DNA of 64,000 bases from Eledone cirrhosa (Eukaryota): assembly GCA_964016885.1 (NCBI GenBank), contig OZ024744.1, positions 62,558,001-62,622,000 on the forward strand. The letters are read 5' to 3'. The notes under the pieces are model-generated. The model ran no database searches. It saw only the letters and a program-made list of their open reading frames with translations, and had not been told where the DNA came from. A program made the translations under genes and the position numbers. Position 1 is the first letter of the stretch. Each line of letters begins with the position of its first letter. Positions 39,032-54,089 of the stretch are shown one piece after another.

Positions 39032-41329
39032 ATATACATACATATATATATATATATAATAAGCAAAACATGGGGTAAAGGTAAGAAAAAAATAGATGGT
39101 ATCAAATTAAAATAGGAAATTTCCAGAGTAAAAAAAATATGGTATAAAATTTTAAAAGCATGAAATTTTTGGTTGTTAAAAAAAGAATTAATAACATAAA
39201 GAGACAAAATGGATTGTTAGTATGAAGAAGATAGGGTAATTTTAACTGTTTGAAAAAGAAAGGAAAAAAAAAGGAGCTGATTGGATCAAAGAAACTGTTT
39301 CTATTGGTTTTTCAATTGCTGATTTTCTCTGCTAGTCACAACTCCTGGCAGAAGGATGTTGTATATGAACTCAGAATGCATATAATCAGATCAGATACTG
39401 AAAAGCATCCAGTCCAACTCTTTTAACAACTCCACCAATCCACTGTCACCGGACTGGTACTTTAGTCATCAACCTCAATAGGTTGAAAGGCAAAACTGAC
39501 CTCGCTAGGATTGGCATGCAGAGTACAGAGAGCTGGAACAGGTACCGAAACATTTGACCCTATGTTCTAACAACTCATTAAAAAAAAGGAAGTGGAAAGC
39601 ACCAACACAGGAAAATAATGGTGAATTGAAAAACATTGATATCTTACTTGATAAAAAACAGTTTATGGGATTTTGAATGCTTAAATAAAATTTAGAAAAT
39701 ATGTTTCTTTCTTAAACTTTACTTAAATATATAAAACAGTTAATCTAAAAAAAAAAAAAAAAGCACAACTTAATACATGAAAATTATTTACCAAATGTTT
39801 TCAGAAGAAAGTCTCTCAAACATTTATAATGGAACTCAGAATTGAAAGAAAATGCAACAACAAAGAATAATTTTAGTGAAATGCAAATGCATAGAGAAAT
39901 TAATTTAAAATAAATCTAAATGAAATTTCTCAATTCAAATCCTGAAAGGAAAGGAAAATAAGGATTTATGGTGAAATAGAAAGATAGGGATAGAGAGAGA
40001 GACATTACACACACAACAAAGAAAGAAGGGGAGGAACAAGAAAAAAAAAAATAGAAGAGTCTAGGTTACTGAACCTGTTGAAAATTGCAGTTAAATCTCT
40101 TAAATCACACCTTAACATTATAAAAATGGAAGGACACACTACATAATGTATTCCCAGATAAATGATATGTTTGAAAAATTAAAACAGGATGGTAATGGTT
40201 GGTGTATTTTGATCATAAGTCTGTTCAGTCAGGGCTGATTTTAAGAATAAAAACACCAGCACCACTAAATAGATTTCATGTGTCAAAACATATTTGCATG
40301 GAAGGAATTTTGTGGATTTAAAAGAGAATTAGTATTTGGAAGAGTGGTATTTCGCAGGTATTCTCTTGTCCAAACATAGAAACACATGGAATTTTCTTCA
40401 AATACTGACAACATTATGTAGACCTCATTTGATTATGGGTTTGCCCCTAGAATATTACTCTCCAAGGTGCATCCTCAGTAAGGTATTTTGTGGAAGGCCA
40501 GCAGCATGTCAGTTTTCACACTACCAATGTTGTCAGATGGAAAGGTAAAAACCAATACAGCTTGGTAGCAGTGACACTGCAACACATTTTTTCCCTAGCC
40601 GTGTGGACTGAAGCAACATGGAATAAATTGTTTTGGTTAAGGATACAACACACTGCCATGTCCAGGAATTGAACTCACAACCTTACAATCAGAAGCCAAC
40701 ACCTTAACCACTAAGTCATGTGCATTCACTAATAACATCATATAAAAATCTATTTAGTTTTGCTGGGAAAGATATATTTGAGCTGGATAGTCTGACAAAA
40801 TTTGAAATCTAGGTGAGGTTACCCAACAATTACAAGTAACTTAACATATATCAACATTTATCTTGCTGTTTCTTCAATGAACAAATAAAATATTCATGAA
40901 GTAGGTTCTTTGACAAGTTTCTACCAACCTACCTATGAACCCAATAAATTTTTATCTATGGCACAAATCACAGAACATTCATTTTCTATTAATCTTCATT
41001 AAAATAAATTAATAGAATTCACAGACCTGTCAACTCTGCTGGACAGGGAGATCACCTACTTTGGGCTGAGTGAGAGATGTCTTCTTTTGTGAAAATAGGT
41101 CTTTCATTATTTAAAATCTCCCCATTTTGCCTCATTTCTCCCCGTTTAGGTTTTTTTAGGTTAGCAGGTCTGAATTCATATATATTTATATATGTTTTTA
41201 AAACAGAAATTAAATATGACAGAGTACCAGAGTACCAAACTAAGAATACCTTTCAGCATTAAGTATCATCTCTTTATATTCTCAGATCAAATAACTCCAG
41301 GACTGAGAAAAATATATTCCAAGCTGTAA

Positions 41330-41435
41330 TGACAATTTGCCCGTCTGTATAGGACTTCTGCTTCAATTGGTGAACATACGACGAAACTGTCAATCTATGT
41401 TTAGAATCCCGAGCAACGCCGGGCCATTCTGCTAG
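41330..41435 (+). mobile_element. Helitron 3' terminus
   Basis: GC hairpin CCCGAGCAACGCCGGG followed 8 nt later by CTAG|T. Confidence 0.7.
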
Positions 41436-44400
41436 TATTTACTAAAATGTTCAAGCAGCTTCCATTTAAGATTCACTATCTGTTATTACAGCATAGAACA
41501 AAATGCCTTGCAATATATATTTTGGTTCTCTGTGTTGAGTTCAAATCCCATCGTGGTTAAATTTGCCTTACATTCTTTCAGGGTAAAAAAAAAAAAAATA
41601 CCAGGACCGTGGATTGGCAAAATTAATAAAGCGCCAATATTTGTGGTTTCAGTTCTTTACATTCTGAGTTCAAATATTGCTATGGCCTACATGTGTGGTA
41701 GACTTAATCCATTGCCCTGCCTTTAACAGAGTGCACTCAGTTACAAGCATTTGAGCCAGGGCTCCAGGTTGATGATACCTTCCTTCCACCCATCTCAGAT
41801 GCTTTAAAAGAAGTCGTAGGTATTGCTTTTCCTTCCCTCATTAAACACTTAAAATAAAAATACAAAACTAAAAAAAAGAAATCCATATATTTCAGTACAT
41901 GTAACTAAAGAATCAGTCTCTATTTCCCAGTGGCCTAGCAGTACATCATGCTTTGCAGTTGCGCCCTTGGCCCTAGGGCTACCTCCCTACTCACCACCAT
42001 AGGCACTGAGCTGGCCAGCTGCAGGTGTGAGCCTCGCGAGATGGAATGGCTATTCCAGCACATCTCCCTTACCATCCTCCAGGGAAATGCCTTCTCCATT
42101 CTGTCCACTGGGGCTATGGCGCGGCCAGCACGTGGGACCCCATTTGCTCACCATACAGAGAGATGGAGGCGATGACAGTGGGAGTTCGGCTCACCCATGT
42201 TCGGACACATTGCACCTGTCATGTGGATCATGTAATATTTTTCCTTTTTATATTACTTTTCATAATAGGACTGGGTCCCTTATCATTAATGCACCCAACA
42301 AACCTCCTATGAAATGCAGTTTTATATAAGATGCCAGTTAAATCTACATCGGTGTGAGCAGTAACATGTAGAGTGTTGGCCATTATCGTTCAATACATTT
42401 ACTCTTTTTCGTACTCTACCTGTCTCTCTTTCTCTCTCTCACCATCTGCCTGTCTTTCTCTAAGAGCACTGTGACTAACATTACTGAAAGGAAATAGATC
42501 ATGCACACACTAGATACAAGAGTGCTTTGTTTTAAATAGTTATTTTAGTACTTGATCAAGGAAGTGAGAAAATAGGTGACAGCTTATAATCAGTGATATT
42601 TGGAGAAAGAGAGAGAGAGATAACATCATATAAAACTATTACTAACAAATATTTACACAAATGAACTGTAACACTAGTTGTTAAGTGTTAAATGAATGAC
42701 AGCTGTAAATGACCAAATAGAATGTTAGAGTAAAAATCTATAGAACTACTGTACATATGTCACCTGGCCCAAATAATTAAGCCTCTTGTTACCATATTTT
42801 TAATGAAATAAACACTACCTATGATTTTTTAAATAATCAGAAATTTGGAGGGATTTAATAAAACTTTCACATTATTAAGCTGTTATTTGAAGAATAACTT
42901 AACCCTTCACTACCATATTTCTAACGAAATACTTTGTGTTTTAATTAAATAATGAAGAATTTGGGAAAAGTTTCATAATAAAATGTTCTTTTATTATCTG
43001 ATATGTAATAAGATTTCAGTACAAAGTTAAAATTTAAATTTGAACATTTAAAAAGAGGCATTTTTGGATAGCTGTTATTTAACCCATTAGCATTTAAACC
43101 GGCCATATCTGGCCAGAATTCTCTCACCTCTTTCTGTTCAAACTAGCTGTAACAGGCCGCTCATATTGACATTAAGGTATTGTTCTCAAAATAAATGACA
43201 TCGAAATCTCGTAGATTCAATATTATGTAAGATAAAGCCTTTACCACAAAAATACAACAGTATATATAGAGTAATGTAAACGCTAAAGGGTTAAACCTAA
43301 TTAACAGTCACTAAGTGCTGAGTTAGTGATAATAACAACCAAGATGAGGAGGAGACTCCAATCTAGTGTTTTTTCTCAAACCTTTCACTATCATATTTCT
43401 AACGAAAAACTTAGATTCTAATTAATTAATGAAGAATTTAGGAAATATTTACCAAGATTATAATTTTATTAAGCTGGTATTTGTAACAACAAAATGTGCT
43501 TATATACCATTCTATTGGAAAGTTTTAATTTAAGTAATTATCCCCTAAAGGGGGTAGTTTTGAGCAGGTTGCTATCAAAAAGGTTAAAGGTTCTTATATA
43601 AAATTATGATGGAAGACTTTTAGATAAATATAAATGCTTTCAAGTAAAGTTTTATTTTAAAATCAGGTATCAGGTAAGAGAGGTTCTCTAAGTGGGTATG
43701 TTCTAGCCCTTTAGCATTTGCATTACTCTACTATTGTATTTTTGTAGTAAAGGTTTTATCTCATAATATCAAATCTACAAGATTTTGATGATGATATTTA
43801 TTTTGAGAATACCTTAATGTTGGTATAAGCAGCCAGTTATGGCCGCATTGAACAGAAAGAGTTAAGAGAATTCTGACCAGATATAGCCTGTTTATATGCT
43901 AAAGGGTTAAAGCTAGAAAATATCCTCACCAAACTCTCTCTATCTTCCCAGGAATCAATAGCAATCTTCTGAAACATACTAGATGGATTCCTTTTCCTGA
44001 AAAAGCAATTTCCAGACTACGCCGACTACTGACCTATCATCATTCACTTCCAGCATCTAAAAGGTGATGGGAATCATAGATAATCCTCTTCTCCATCACC
44101 TTCAGCTTCACCACTTCCTCAATGACCATCAGTGTCATCCACATGGAGCTAGACCTAGAGCCAAAACTACCCAAAATGAAAGATTCATTGAGATGGATTT
44201 AGAAAGAGAAAAGTTTTTGCTTTTCAGATAGTAATCTCACAGTGTTGGGTTGATGGGTAAAAGTCACCCAGTATGATTATATAGCAGAACCTCTGCTGCA
44301 ATAGTGAACACTACCACCCACAGTATCTAGCTTTATCAAAACATTCAGCAAATAAACAACTTAGTGAAAACAGATTTAAACTGACATTCACTCGCCTGTA

Positions 44401-47400
44401 TCCTTCTCTAGAGGATGAACATGAGTGCTAAAGCTGGCATTACCCAGCATGGGTCACACTTCATCTCCACCCTAGCTACACTACTGACGCATACCCACGA
44501 GAAGTTGTTGCACTTGACTCTTTGGCGTTTTCTCTCTCTATCTCTCTCTTTTTTTTTTTTTTCGAGTGTTATCAATGAATATGACCTCCAAACCAGTCGA
44601 AATGACTAGATTTGTAAGGAAAAAAAGGGTGAGGCAAACAGACCATTGGAGTTTCGCAGATCTACACACCTCTCGTTTCATGGAAAATCATTTTTTTTCC
44701 TTGTTTTTTTTCTGGACCTCTTACATGAACTTATTTCCCAGAAATAATCCGGGGAAGTCTATTGCAACCATCTAAGATGTCCAGAAAAAATAGAGGAGAG
44801 ATAATTATTTCCCACCAAATGAGAAGTGAGATCTGCAAAACCAACGAATCATCTTTTTACCCCATTTCACCCATCTTTTTCTACAAATATAGTCGTTTCT
44901 GAGGTCATATTCATTGAGAACATGCAAAAAAAAATCATAGGGAAAGCTCTGAGGAGGAGATTATCCAGAAGCGTGATGGAAGGCACCTCACCCACACGCC
45001 CATCATTCTCCTGGTAAAAAGTTGATTGCTAGAATTTTGGAGATTAGATTAATTGATAGCACACAAATAAAAAAAAAACAGGAAAATTTCCCCCCCCCCC
45101 CTCTGAAATCAAGTGGGGTGTTCTATAATAATTCCAAAAAAATTAATATCACTTAATCCCTTCTTTACCATCCATATTTCTAATGAAAGACAATACCTAT
45201 GATCTTCAAATAATTTTGAAAATAAAATTATGACTGACAGTTTTGAAATATAAACATTTTAAAAAACAGTTTCAGGAGGTTTGATATTAAAATTAGTTAA
45301 AATTCTGTAAAAAGGACAAAGTGGAAGACACTTCCCAAAGGTGTTATGCAGTGCGAGCTATATGTTGAGTTCATTTTGCAACCACATAGTTCCAGGTTTG
45401 ATTCCACTGAATGGCACATTTGATAAGCATATTCAATTTCTACTTTGAGTGTTTTAATGAGTGGGGCACTACTCTTATTAATACTCTACATAATATTTTT
45501 GTTGTTGCAGCTTACACCTATGCAGGTTTAGCTCCTATGAAGTTGCATTTCACAAGATGTTTCTTGTATGTTATAGAGATAGGGGGCCCAGTCCTATGAT
45601 GGAAAGCAACTTGCTCAAGGTGCCACCAGTCCTGAATTCAAACCCACGACTTTATAATAAGTGAAACCAGTAAGAGCATGTACATTCTTGAAGAGATTAA
45701 CTTTTGTTTCTTGCATAATACATTTGTTAAACAGGTCAGTATAAGTTAAATAGGTTATAAATCACAAAAGTCTTTATTAAAGTTGATTGTGGAATAAAGG
45801 AAATGTTTGATCTATTTTCAATCTCAAAAGCACTCAACTACCACAATTGTTTGCTAAGATATTCTATTCAGGATGAGTTTTCAGTTATACTAGACACAAT
45901 AATCTCTCTAATGCTAGCATTATGATAAAATGTACCCAGTACGTTCTGTAAAGTGGTGGTGTTGTGTCATAAAATGCACCCAGTACACCCTGTAAAGTGA
46001 CTGGCATTTACAGGATAACACACATTGGGTATCAAGGACATGACAACCTCCCCAGTGTTAATCATATGCTAGAATGTAGCTAATACACCCTGAAAGTTGA
46101 CATTAGAAAGGGCATCCAGTAATAAGAACCATAAAATAAAAAAATAAAAAAACCTATTTCAAGCAAGATCTGATCTCCCCCTCCCAACAACCTATCTAGT
46201 AGGACTAACTCTGTTAACTGATTGAAGTCAAACCTCTTGTTCTGCATTGTCGAGAAGCAGAGGTATTTGAAAAAAAAATCTTAGATAGGAAAACAAGACG
46301 CACCATTATTTCTATGAAGAGTTACTGATATAAAAAGAGCAATTTGGGGGTGGGGGAATGTTATGTTTACGAAGTATCTTACTATAATATTGTGGTACAA
46401 ACAATATTCATATGGATGAACTAACTTTTGATTCTTCTGGTCTATCGCTTAGTCAGGAGGTGGAGGGCGCAGAGCCCACACCACTTCCCTGGGCCTCTAA
46501 GATTGCTGTAAATAGGGAAGAAGGTATATATAGACAAACTGAAGACCAAATCCGAATCCTTGCAACAGAGAGTGTACCACTAAAGGCACCAAAGGGCGAG
46601 GTGGTGTTGTTAAACCGAGTGTGGATTAAGCCCAACACCCCAAGTTGGGCATAATACAAAGTGTCGAAACAAATACCATGGTGCTTTATCTTTATTTATC
46701 AACCCCGAAAGGGTGAAATTTGAACTCAGTCATTTTGCCTACACGCTAAATACTTTATCAATTTGGCAAATGCAATGGAGATTTTACGATCATTTGTATG
46801 AAGTTTGTATATACCATATATTTTGTTTGTTTTTAAAAGATGACCAATAGAATTTGACAGATTTAATAAATTAAATAGATTTTCTGGTGCAAATTGCTTA
46901 AGTGCGTATCATGGAGAAAACTAACTTCCCTGCTTGTCTCGGAAGCAAGAAATTAGGAGAATGGTGATACCTGATAACGACCACTAGTTACGCTCTAAAA
47001 ATAGACACAAAGTTAAGATTTTGTAGATTCAACTCATGATATAACGAAAATAAAATTGTAAACTGTGCGCCTTGCAAACTAAAGGATCACTGTTTGAACT
47101 TCTGTACGGTCCACACAATCTACTAGAAATAATAACGAAAATTCCTTCATATTCACACATTACCATAGTTTTTAAAGGGACACGTTAGTTAACGTAGTCC
47201 TAGATACACTGTACATGAAAAGACAGGTTGTATGTGTTTGGGACACCCTTATAAAAGTCTCCTGAATTTACAGATGACCTGCAACTACACAAGGTTACTG
47301 GATAAACAACCGGAAGTAACCTTTGAAGGCGGATAGAGGGGGGGGGGGGGGCGGTCAGCGAAGTATAAATTCCCATTTATTTATTTATTCATTCATAGCA

Positions 47401-49133
47401 GGGGAAATTGTTTTCATTTTTTTAATTAAATTTACTACAAAATTAAAACTAAATGCGATATTTGTAAATTTATGCAATTGGAAGCTTTATTTAGTATATA
47501 TATATTAAATATATATCTAAATACCACTTTTGTTTACAATTATATCTATTTTATAACACTCATATTATATGCAATTAACCCTTTTAATGGGTAAAATTTA
47601 AATAATAATTGGAATGTGAGACGTGAATGCATCGACTTAAAAATAACTTGAGAAAAAAAATGATATAAATAAAAAGTTTGTTTTTAAATTTATACGATAT
47701 CGAACTCATTTCCCCAAACAAGTGATAACCTAGCGTGAGAAAATTGTTTTTCTAAATAATTTTCAAGTTGCTTAAAAAGCTTTATCGCTGAATCTGTACC
47801 GGTCAACACGTTTTTGTACACGTGTGTTATGTGTCTACGTGGGTCAGTTGCTAGACAGCCGGCAACCTCTGCAATACTCGATTTTACACCTACCTGTAAT
47901 AGGAAATGATGCAGTAGTTGTTGCGTAATAGTAATTTTACACACTATAAGAAGTTGATATAATATATATGAGTACAGCGTATGATAAAATGCTTTGCGGT
48001 ACTTAGTTACGTCCATTTACGTTCCGAGTTTAACTTTTGACTTTCCAACTAGCTGGGACGATAAATAAAGTACCAGTCAAGTACTCGTGTCGATATATTC
48101 ATATAAAGCATCCTAGATGTGAATGAAAGGAATTATTACAAGAAAATTATTTTTTCCTTCATTCCTTATCTTATGCCAGTGTATTTATATAATATGGAAA
48201 TTGTTTACTGAATAAGATAATTGTTTCTACTTTAGGCACAAGGCCAGCAATTATCCAAACAATAGTTTGTATCTGACATTTCTAGAGTGTCTTTCCTTGA
48301 AGTCAACATCTAATCGCTACAGTTAAACTAAAGCATCTATCTTACCTAATCCAACACAATTAACGCTGGAATTAATTACTACTAGCAAGTGCAAGCTTCT
48401 AAAGTTAATGGTATACGTAAAACCCAACCACCGACGAAGTCTTAACTACGCTGGACACAAATCTATTTTAAAATTAATCAATAGATACTGTTTCAAAGAG
48501 AAAAAAGAAAAACTTTATCAGTAATGACAACGAACCATTCTACAATTACTTAAATTAAAGGAAAATATTACGATACTATAATTTCATTTAAGAATATCGC
48601 ACTTTTAGACTAAATACATTTTTAAAAACAGCATCACAAGTGAGATAAATTCCGACAAGCCGAGTCCACGGTCTTAGTTTCGATATCCAAATTATACACA
48701 CTTTATATCATTTACGTTGCTATTATCCTTGAAAAAGCATTTACCTCACACAATATCATTTCCCAACGTGTGTATGTAAAAAGTCAATATATTAAAACAA
48801 ACAAAAGTAGAGGTGGAGAATAGCTAAAAGAAAACAGTTAAAATGAGTAGAGGCTATTAAAATAATTATTACTGAAAGCAATGGAAATTTGTCTCGAAAA
48901 AAAAAAAATCATCTCGATGATGGAAATTACAAATCTCCTCCCCCAAAAAGTTGAAACCTCTATTGTATAATACTTAACTTTCACAAAATAACCTCATGCT
49001 TAATAATTTTCCTAACTGAAACTAATAAAATATACATCTCAGTCTGTCCATTACAAAATCATTCCGCACGTGTTGTAAAAGAGTAGACATAACAGATCTA
49101 GAAATCATTAAGCACTATTATATACACAGACAT

Positions 49134-49164
<31 letters not shown>

Positions 49165-50001
49165 GGAGTCAATGTTTAAATATTGTGTGAAGTAAATAAA
49201 TATATTGACTTAATTCTTAAAGCATCTGAGTGTCTCTATGCTTCAAGAATGTAAATAGATTTTTTTTTTCAATAAGTACATTGGTAGGGCCAGCAAATTC
49301 ATAATGGTAACTGAAAATGATTCTAAATTATTCCCAAATATATATTTAAAAAAAATAGAAATCGCATAGAGCTAAATTAATTCTTACATCTATATTAAAG
49401 AGTGAATTAAATTAATCTACTCTGTGAAAACGAAGCCGATTTAAGAGGTTAATTTTTGTATCAATCACCATTTGAACGTCTGAAGCAAAGTAAATATAAA
49501 AGTGCGGTAGGAAATGGAATTTATAAAACATTGCTGAAACAAGATATTAAGTATTGTTAATAAAATAACATGCTATATGCACCATTAATGAAATTAAAAA
49601 TTATAGCACGATATATGCAGTTAATGAAATTATATATATACTCTAATAATGATTTCTTTATTATACATTTTGAACGAAATTTATTGTGCATAAATACATT
49701 CAGTAGATACATACATTATATATATATAAAATATATTAATATACATAGTATAAAGTATAATTAAAATTGTAACAATATATGCCGTGTTAATGAATAGAAT
49801 ATTTGTATTATTATTTTTTTTTATTATTTTAAAAACTATCTTATTCTGAACTTAGATTACATTTCTAGTCCAGTGCACTGAAAGTTTTTTTAAAAAACAA
49901 AAGGCAAAAAAATATTATTTTGATATAAGTAATTTAATAGTAAATTTAAAACAAAAATATCAGAAAATGCAAATAGGGTAGAAAATACCAGGTAGATTTA
50001 C

Positions 50002-50196
50002 CTTATTAACAGCCTTGTCTATGGCACTCTGGTTGTAAAAATGTGCAACAGATCGTGACCTTTCACGGATCTCTGGAGCTTGATAGTAGGCTTCATCCGA
50101 AAAGGCTTTTCCTTGAGCGCCAATGACATTTTTTAGAACTGTACTAGTCCTTGATAAGACGTCCCTTTGTGGTAGTCCCTGAGATATGACCCTCAT
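50002..50196 (-). CDS. BCKDK: BCKDK coding exon 1 (65 aa, MRVISQG...FYNQSAIDKAVNK), including a probable mitochondrial transit peptide
   Basis: ERSRSVAHFYNQSAID resembles the conserved BCKDK N-terminal motif. ATG at 50196, phase-0 donor AAG|gtaaat. The start codon choice is inferred. Confidence 0.9.
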
Positions 50197-51196
50197 GTTG
50201 CAGAGGACAGTGGCCGTTAAAGCCAATCCAACAAGCACCACAACTACTATGACCAGTTAGGAATATTTTGCGTCAGATTCATCTTTGCTTACTCTTTTGA
50301 TTACCACAGCGCATCAAACTACCTCCTTTATACATACAAAATAATATATAAGTAATAAACACTACAGGCTCCGAAACAAAAGAGACGGCGATAATCTGAT
50401 GGTTATGTTGATAGGTGTCTTTACTGGTGCTCTTTTTCTTCTTCTTTTTCTCAGTTTTGTTTTATCTTTTATCTTCTCTGTTTAATGCTGAACAAAGACA
50501 ACACTTCCTAACTTGCATGGAATGGCGATTAAATTATAGAAGGAAGCGCCCTCCTGCACGTAGACACACGTCTATTAATAAACACAGAAAATTTACTTGA
50601 GAGATCGCACAAACACTTGCAGCATTCGAGTGTGGTGCACCACGATCTGATTCTGATATTTTAGTCCTGTTTTTTTTATTTATTAATTTTTTTATTTTAG
50701 ATTTTTTTCCTTTCAGATGCTAACACCGGAGCAGTAACTTTTGTTTTTTTCTTCTTTCTCCCGTTTTTTTTTTCTCTCTTCAATGCCAATATGTCCCGTT
50801 AACGATTACTTAAGAACTCACCAAGTTTCCGGCATACACAATGTCTATATATTTATAGTTGTATATGAATGTTATTATTATTTCCTCCGTTTACCCTTTC
50901 TTCTTTCTTTCCTTCCTTTATTTTGTTTGTCGTTGTTACTACACCCTCTCTGTCTCGCTTTTTCTCTCACTCTATATCTGTCTGTCTCTCTGTCTGCCTG
51001 TCCCTCTCTTACTGTGTGTCTGTCTGTCTCCTTCTCACTCTATGTCAGGATCTCTCTCTCTCTGTATATCTATCTATGTCTCTCTCGAACACTCTCACTT
51101 CTTCTATCTATCTATCTACCTCTTGCTCTACCACTTATTGTCCGTTTACCCTTTCTATTTCTTTATACTTCTTCATACAAGAGAGAATTAAGGAAT

Positions 51197-51221
51197 CAGC
51201 TGCAGATCACGTGATCAGCTG
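51197..51221. promoter_or_regulatory. Triple E-box cluster ~1 kb upstream of the BCKDK ATG
   Basis: CAGCTG-cagat-CACGTG-at-CAGCTG, containing the perfect palindrome GATCACGTGATC. Confidence 0.4.
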
Positions 51222-51612
51222 GTGATCGGAGCTGATGAAAAGCCAACTAACTTCAAATGTCCTTTCTACAACTAAGTATTTTATTTATTTTGCAAAATAA
51301 ATATACAAAACATATATATATATGTTTGTGTGTCTCTATGTTTTATATATACATTCCCCCGTGAAGAAAAAAAATGCGTATGCATATATATATATATATA
51401 TATATGTATGTGGGTACTAATGATGCCCTCCAGCGTTGCCTGAATGCAGAATATATCGAGATTTTTATATTATTTTGTGTTAAAATACTGACAAGTTATC
51501 GCAAGTTTATTTTTTTTATAGATTACTTAACACACGATTAACAAACATATACATAGTCTTGATAACACACTTAATCAGGCTCATAATTAGTGATACGTGT
51601 ATATGTATATGT

Positions 51613-51667
<55 letters not shown>

Positions 51668-51737
51668 TATATAAATATATATGAATATATATATATATAT
51701 GTAAAAGAGAGTGCTCTATGTAGGCTACAGACCTTTT

Positions 51738-51906
51738 TAGTTATGTAATAAACATAAGATAATTATTTCATTTACCAATGGTTTCTTGAAGACATACTTA
51801 TGTCTCTTCATTCATAAAATTTTTATTTTTTTTATGAATGAAGACAAGTATCTGTCTTCAAGAAACCATTTGTAAATGAAATAATTATCTTATGTTGTTT
51901 ATTACA

Positions 51907-51912
<6 letters not shown>
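51738..51912. repeat. ~175-bp palindrome of inverted PLE termini between (TA)n tracts, with degenerate hammerhead cores
   Basis: The arms TAGTTATGTAATAAAC...TTCATAAAA are reverse complements; TGAAGA...GAAA-CC-att-GG-TA. Confidence 0.75.
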
Positions 51913-51954
<42 letters not shown>

Positions 51955-52959
51955 CAAATTGAGATTATATAAATGCGTGTATATATTGATATATAATACA
52001 TATATATATGTTATGTAACAGATGTTGACGGATGCGCGAATGAGTACTCAATGTCGAAGAAGAGTTTATTAATATTCTTTTATTATGGCTAAGTGATATT
52101 CCCCATTCACCCACTCGTGCTACTAATATTAATCTGCCGCTACTTCCACTCCATACCTTTCTTTCACGCTGAATTACTACCAAATCTCCCTAGTGGCAGT
52201 GCCACTATGAAATGCACCAAGTACACTTCGTAAACGGGATGACGTTTGGTAAGAGCATCCAGCCGTACAAACGATGTCAAAATCAAAAATGTAACGTATT
52301 GATCGAGACGCAATCCCCGACCCATTTAGGAGGATATATAGAGAGAGAGGTTGAACTTACTGCTGAGTCTGTTAAATATACACGTGTGGTGGGGTAGTTA
52401 ATTAACTGCATAAGATGCGGATCCATTGTATTATGTGTGTGTGTGAATCTGGATGCTGCGGTTAGGGCGAGAGCCACAGCTTCCGCAGCCGAGCGGAGTA
52501 AGACCCTCAAATACTGTGATCTGTCGACCAGCTACATTTTTCAGCCTGTAGCTTTCGAGACATTTGGGGGAGTCGGGCCGCTGACCGCGAGGTTCTTCTC
52601 TTCACTGGCGAATCTCGCGAGGGCGCTTGGCTGTTCCAGCGCATTAGCCTCTCTATCACCCGAGGCAACGCTGCGAGTGTGCTGGCTTGCTTCAAAAATC
52701 ATTAGCGAGGTTGCCCGATACTCCTTGCGACGTTGCTATCTTTTGCTCTAATAGTGACTCGGTTGTTCACCCCTTCCTTTACATTTTCTTTAATATTGCA
52801 ACATTAAAGGAATACATCTTTCTGAAAGAATCGCGAGCACTTTATAATGTTATCTAAGCATTTGTAATGTTAATTATGTATATATTTAAAACACATTTGT
52901 TATGTTATTCTACTGTAAATTTATTTATATGCTCTATATATAAAGTGTAATCAATATTG

Positions 52960-53030
<71 letters not shown>

Positions 53031-53087
53031 TTAAAACAACAGAAGGCCAGACGGGAAAATTTGCTTGAGAATTTTAATTCCGTGAAA

Positions 53088-53158
53088 TCACTATATATAT
53101 TTCGGTGGCCCGTCTCCATCATCTGGTTATGATGCAAGACAAGGCGATCTCATCAGGC
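53088..53158 (-). ncRNA. Hammerhead ribozyme with an extended stem II at the 3' end of a probable PLE remnant
   Basis: CTGATGA-gatcGCCTTGTCTT..CATCA/TGATG.AGACGGGC-acc-GAAA-TATATATA (palindromic stem III), next to (TA)n. Confidence 0.65.
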
Positions 53159-54089
53159 GTCATCTGCAGAATTATGTAACAGGATTACGTTGAAATCAAT
53201 TATATAATGGAAGATAGAGGAAAAGAAAATAGAAAATTTGATGGCCTGCAAATATGGTGTTATATCGGTATTAGACGGTCCCCGTATCTTGCGCGATTAA
53301 TTCGCCCACACACGCGTTATTAAAAAGTATACATCATCAGATTCGCCAATAGATTCAACATCATTTCACTATCGTGAAGCTGTTCCATAAATCTATGATC
53401 TTGTAATTCAGGTTAGCATTGTGTGTAGCTCGAATCCTGCGAAAAGGTAAAGTGGGTGTATATTGCCTTCACACACTTCATGATGACTTCATCATGTGGT
53501 TGCAGCAGTGATAGTAACAGAACTTCAACATGTTCATCCTCATACATCAGGGATTCGGGATGGCATTGTCGGTGATAGGGCACTGAATGACAACCACTTC
53601 TTCTCGGGGTATTTCTTCACTTCGAGTACAAAACAGTGGGGGAACCAACCGATAAACAAATGAACGTGACCCAAACCTTGTTATTGTTGTCTTGACTCGA
53701 GCAGCAGATTTTGACCCTTTGCTCTTAAAGGCAGTGGATTTCTGGTTTGATCATATAACATAATCCTTCTAAATCTTAAACCCCGGGACTTATGAATGTA
53801 ACTACTATTCGGAATCTTCTTTTAAGAAAATGATTATTTCTTCACAGTTGATAGTTGCTCTTGACGATAGACTTTTTCCTTGTTTACTTTATAAACTGTC
53901 GTGGAATTCAGATGCTGCTTACATATCAGCTGATGCTGATCCTCCTGATGCTGATCTTGGATTTCTAGAGGTTGTAACCCGTTATAATGTCATTTCTTGC
54001 TACTTTAAAACCCTTTGTTGGCGCTCTTCTCATCACCCTCCCTATAATGTTTATATCGGAAAAGCGCAAGGTAGAAAAGCAGAGTTGTG

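Noticed and set aside
50741-51225. Hydrophobic ORFs upstream of BCKDK as a divergent membrane-protein gene
   Set aside because: CT-rich low-complexity sequence that is open in all three frames; no recognisable motif or splice support.
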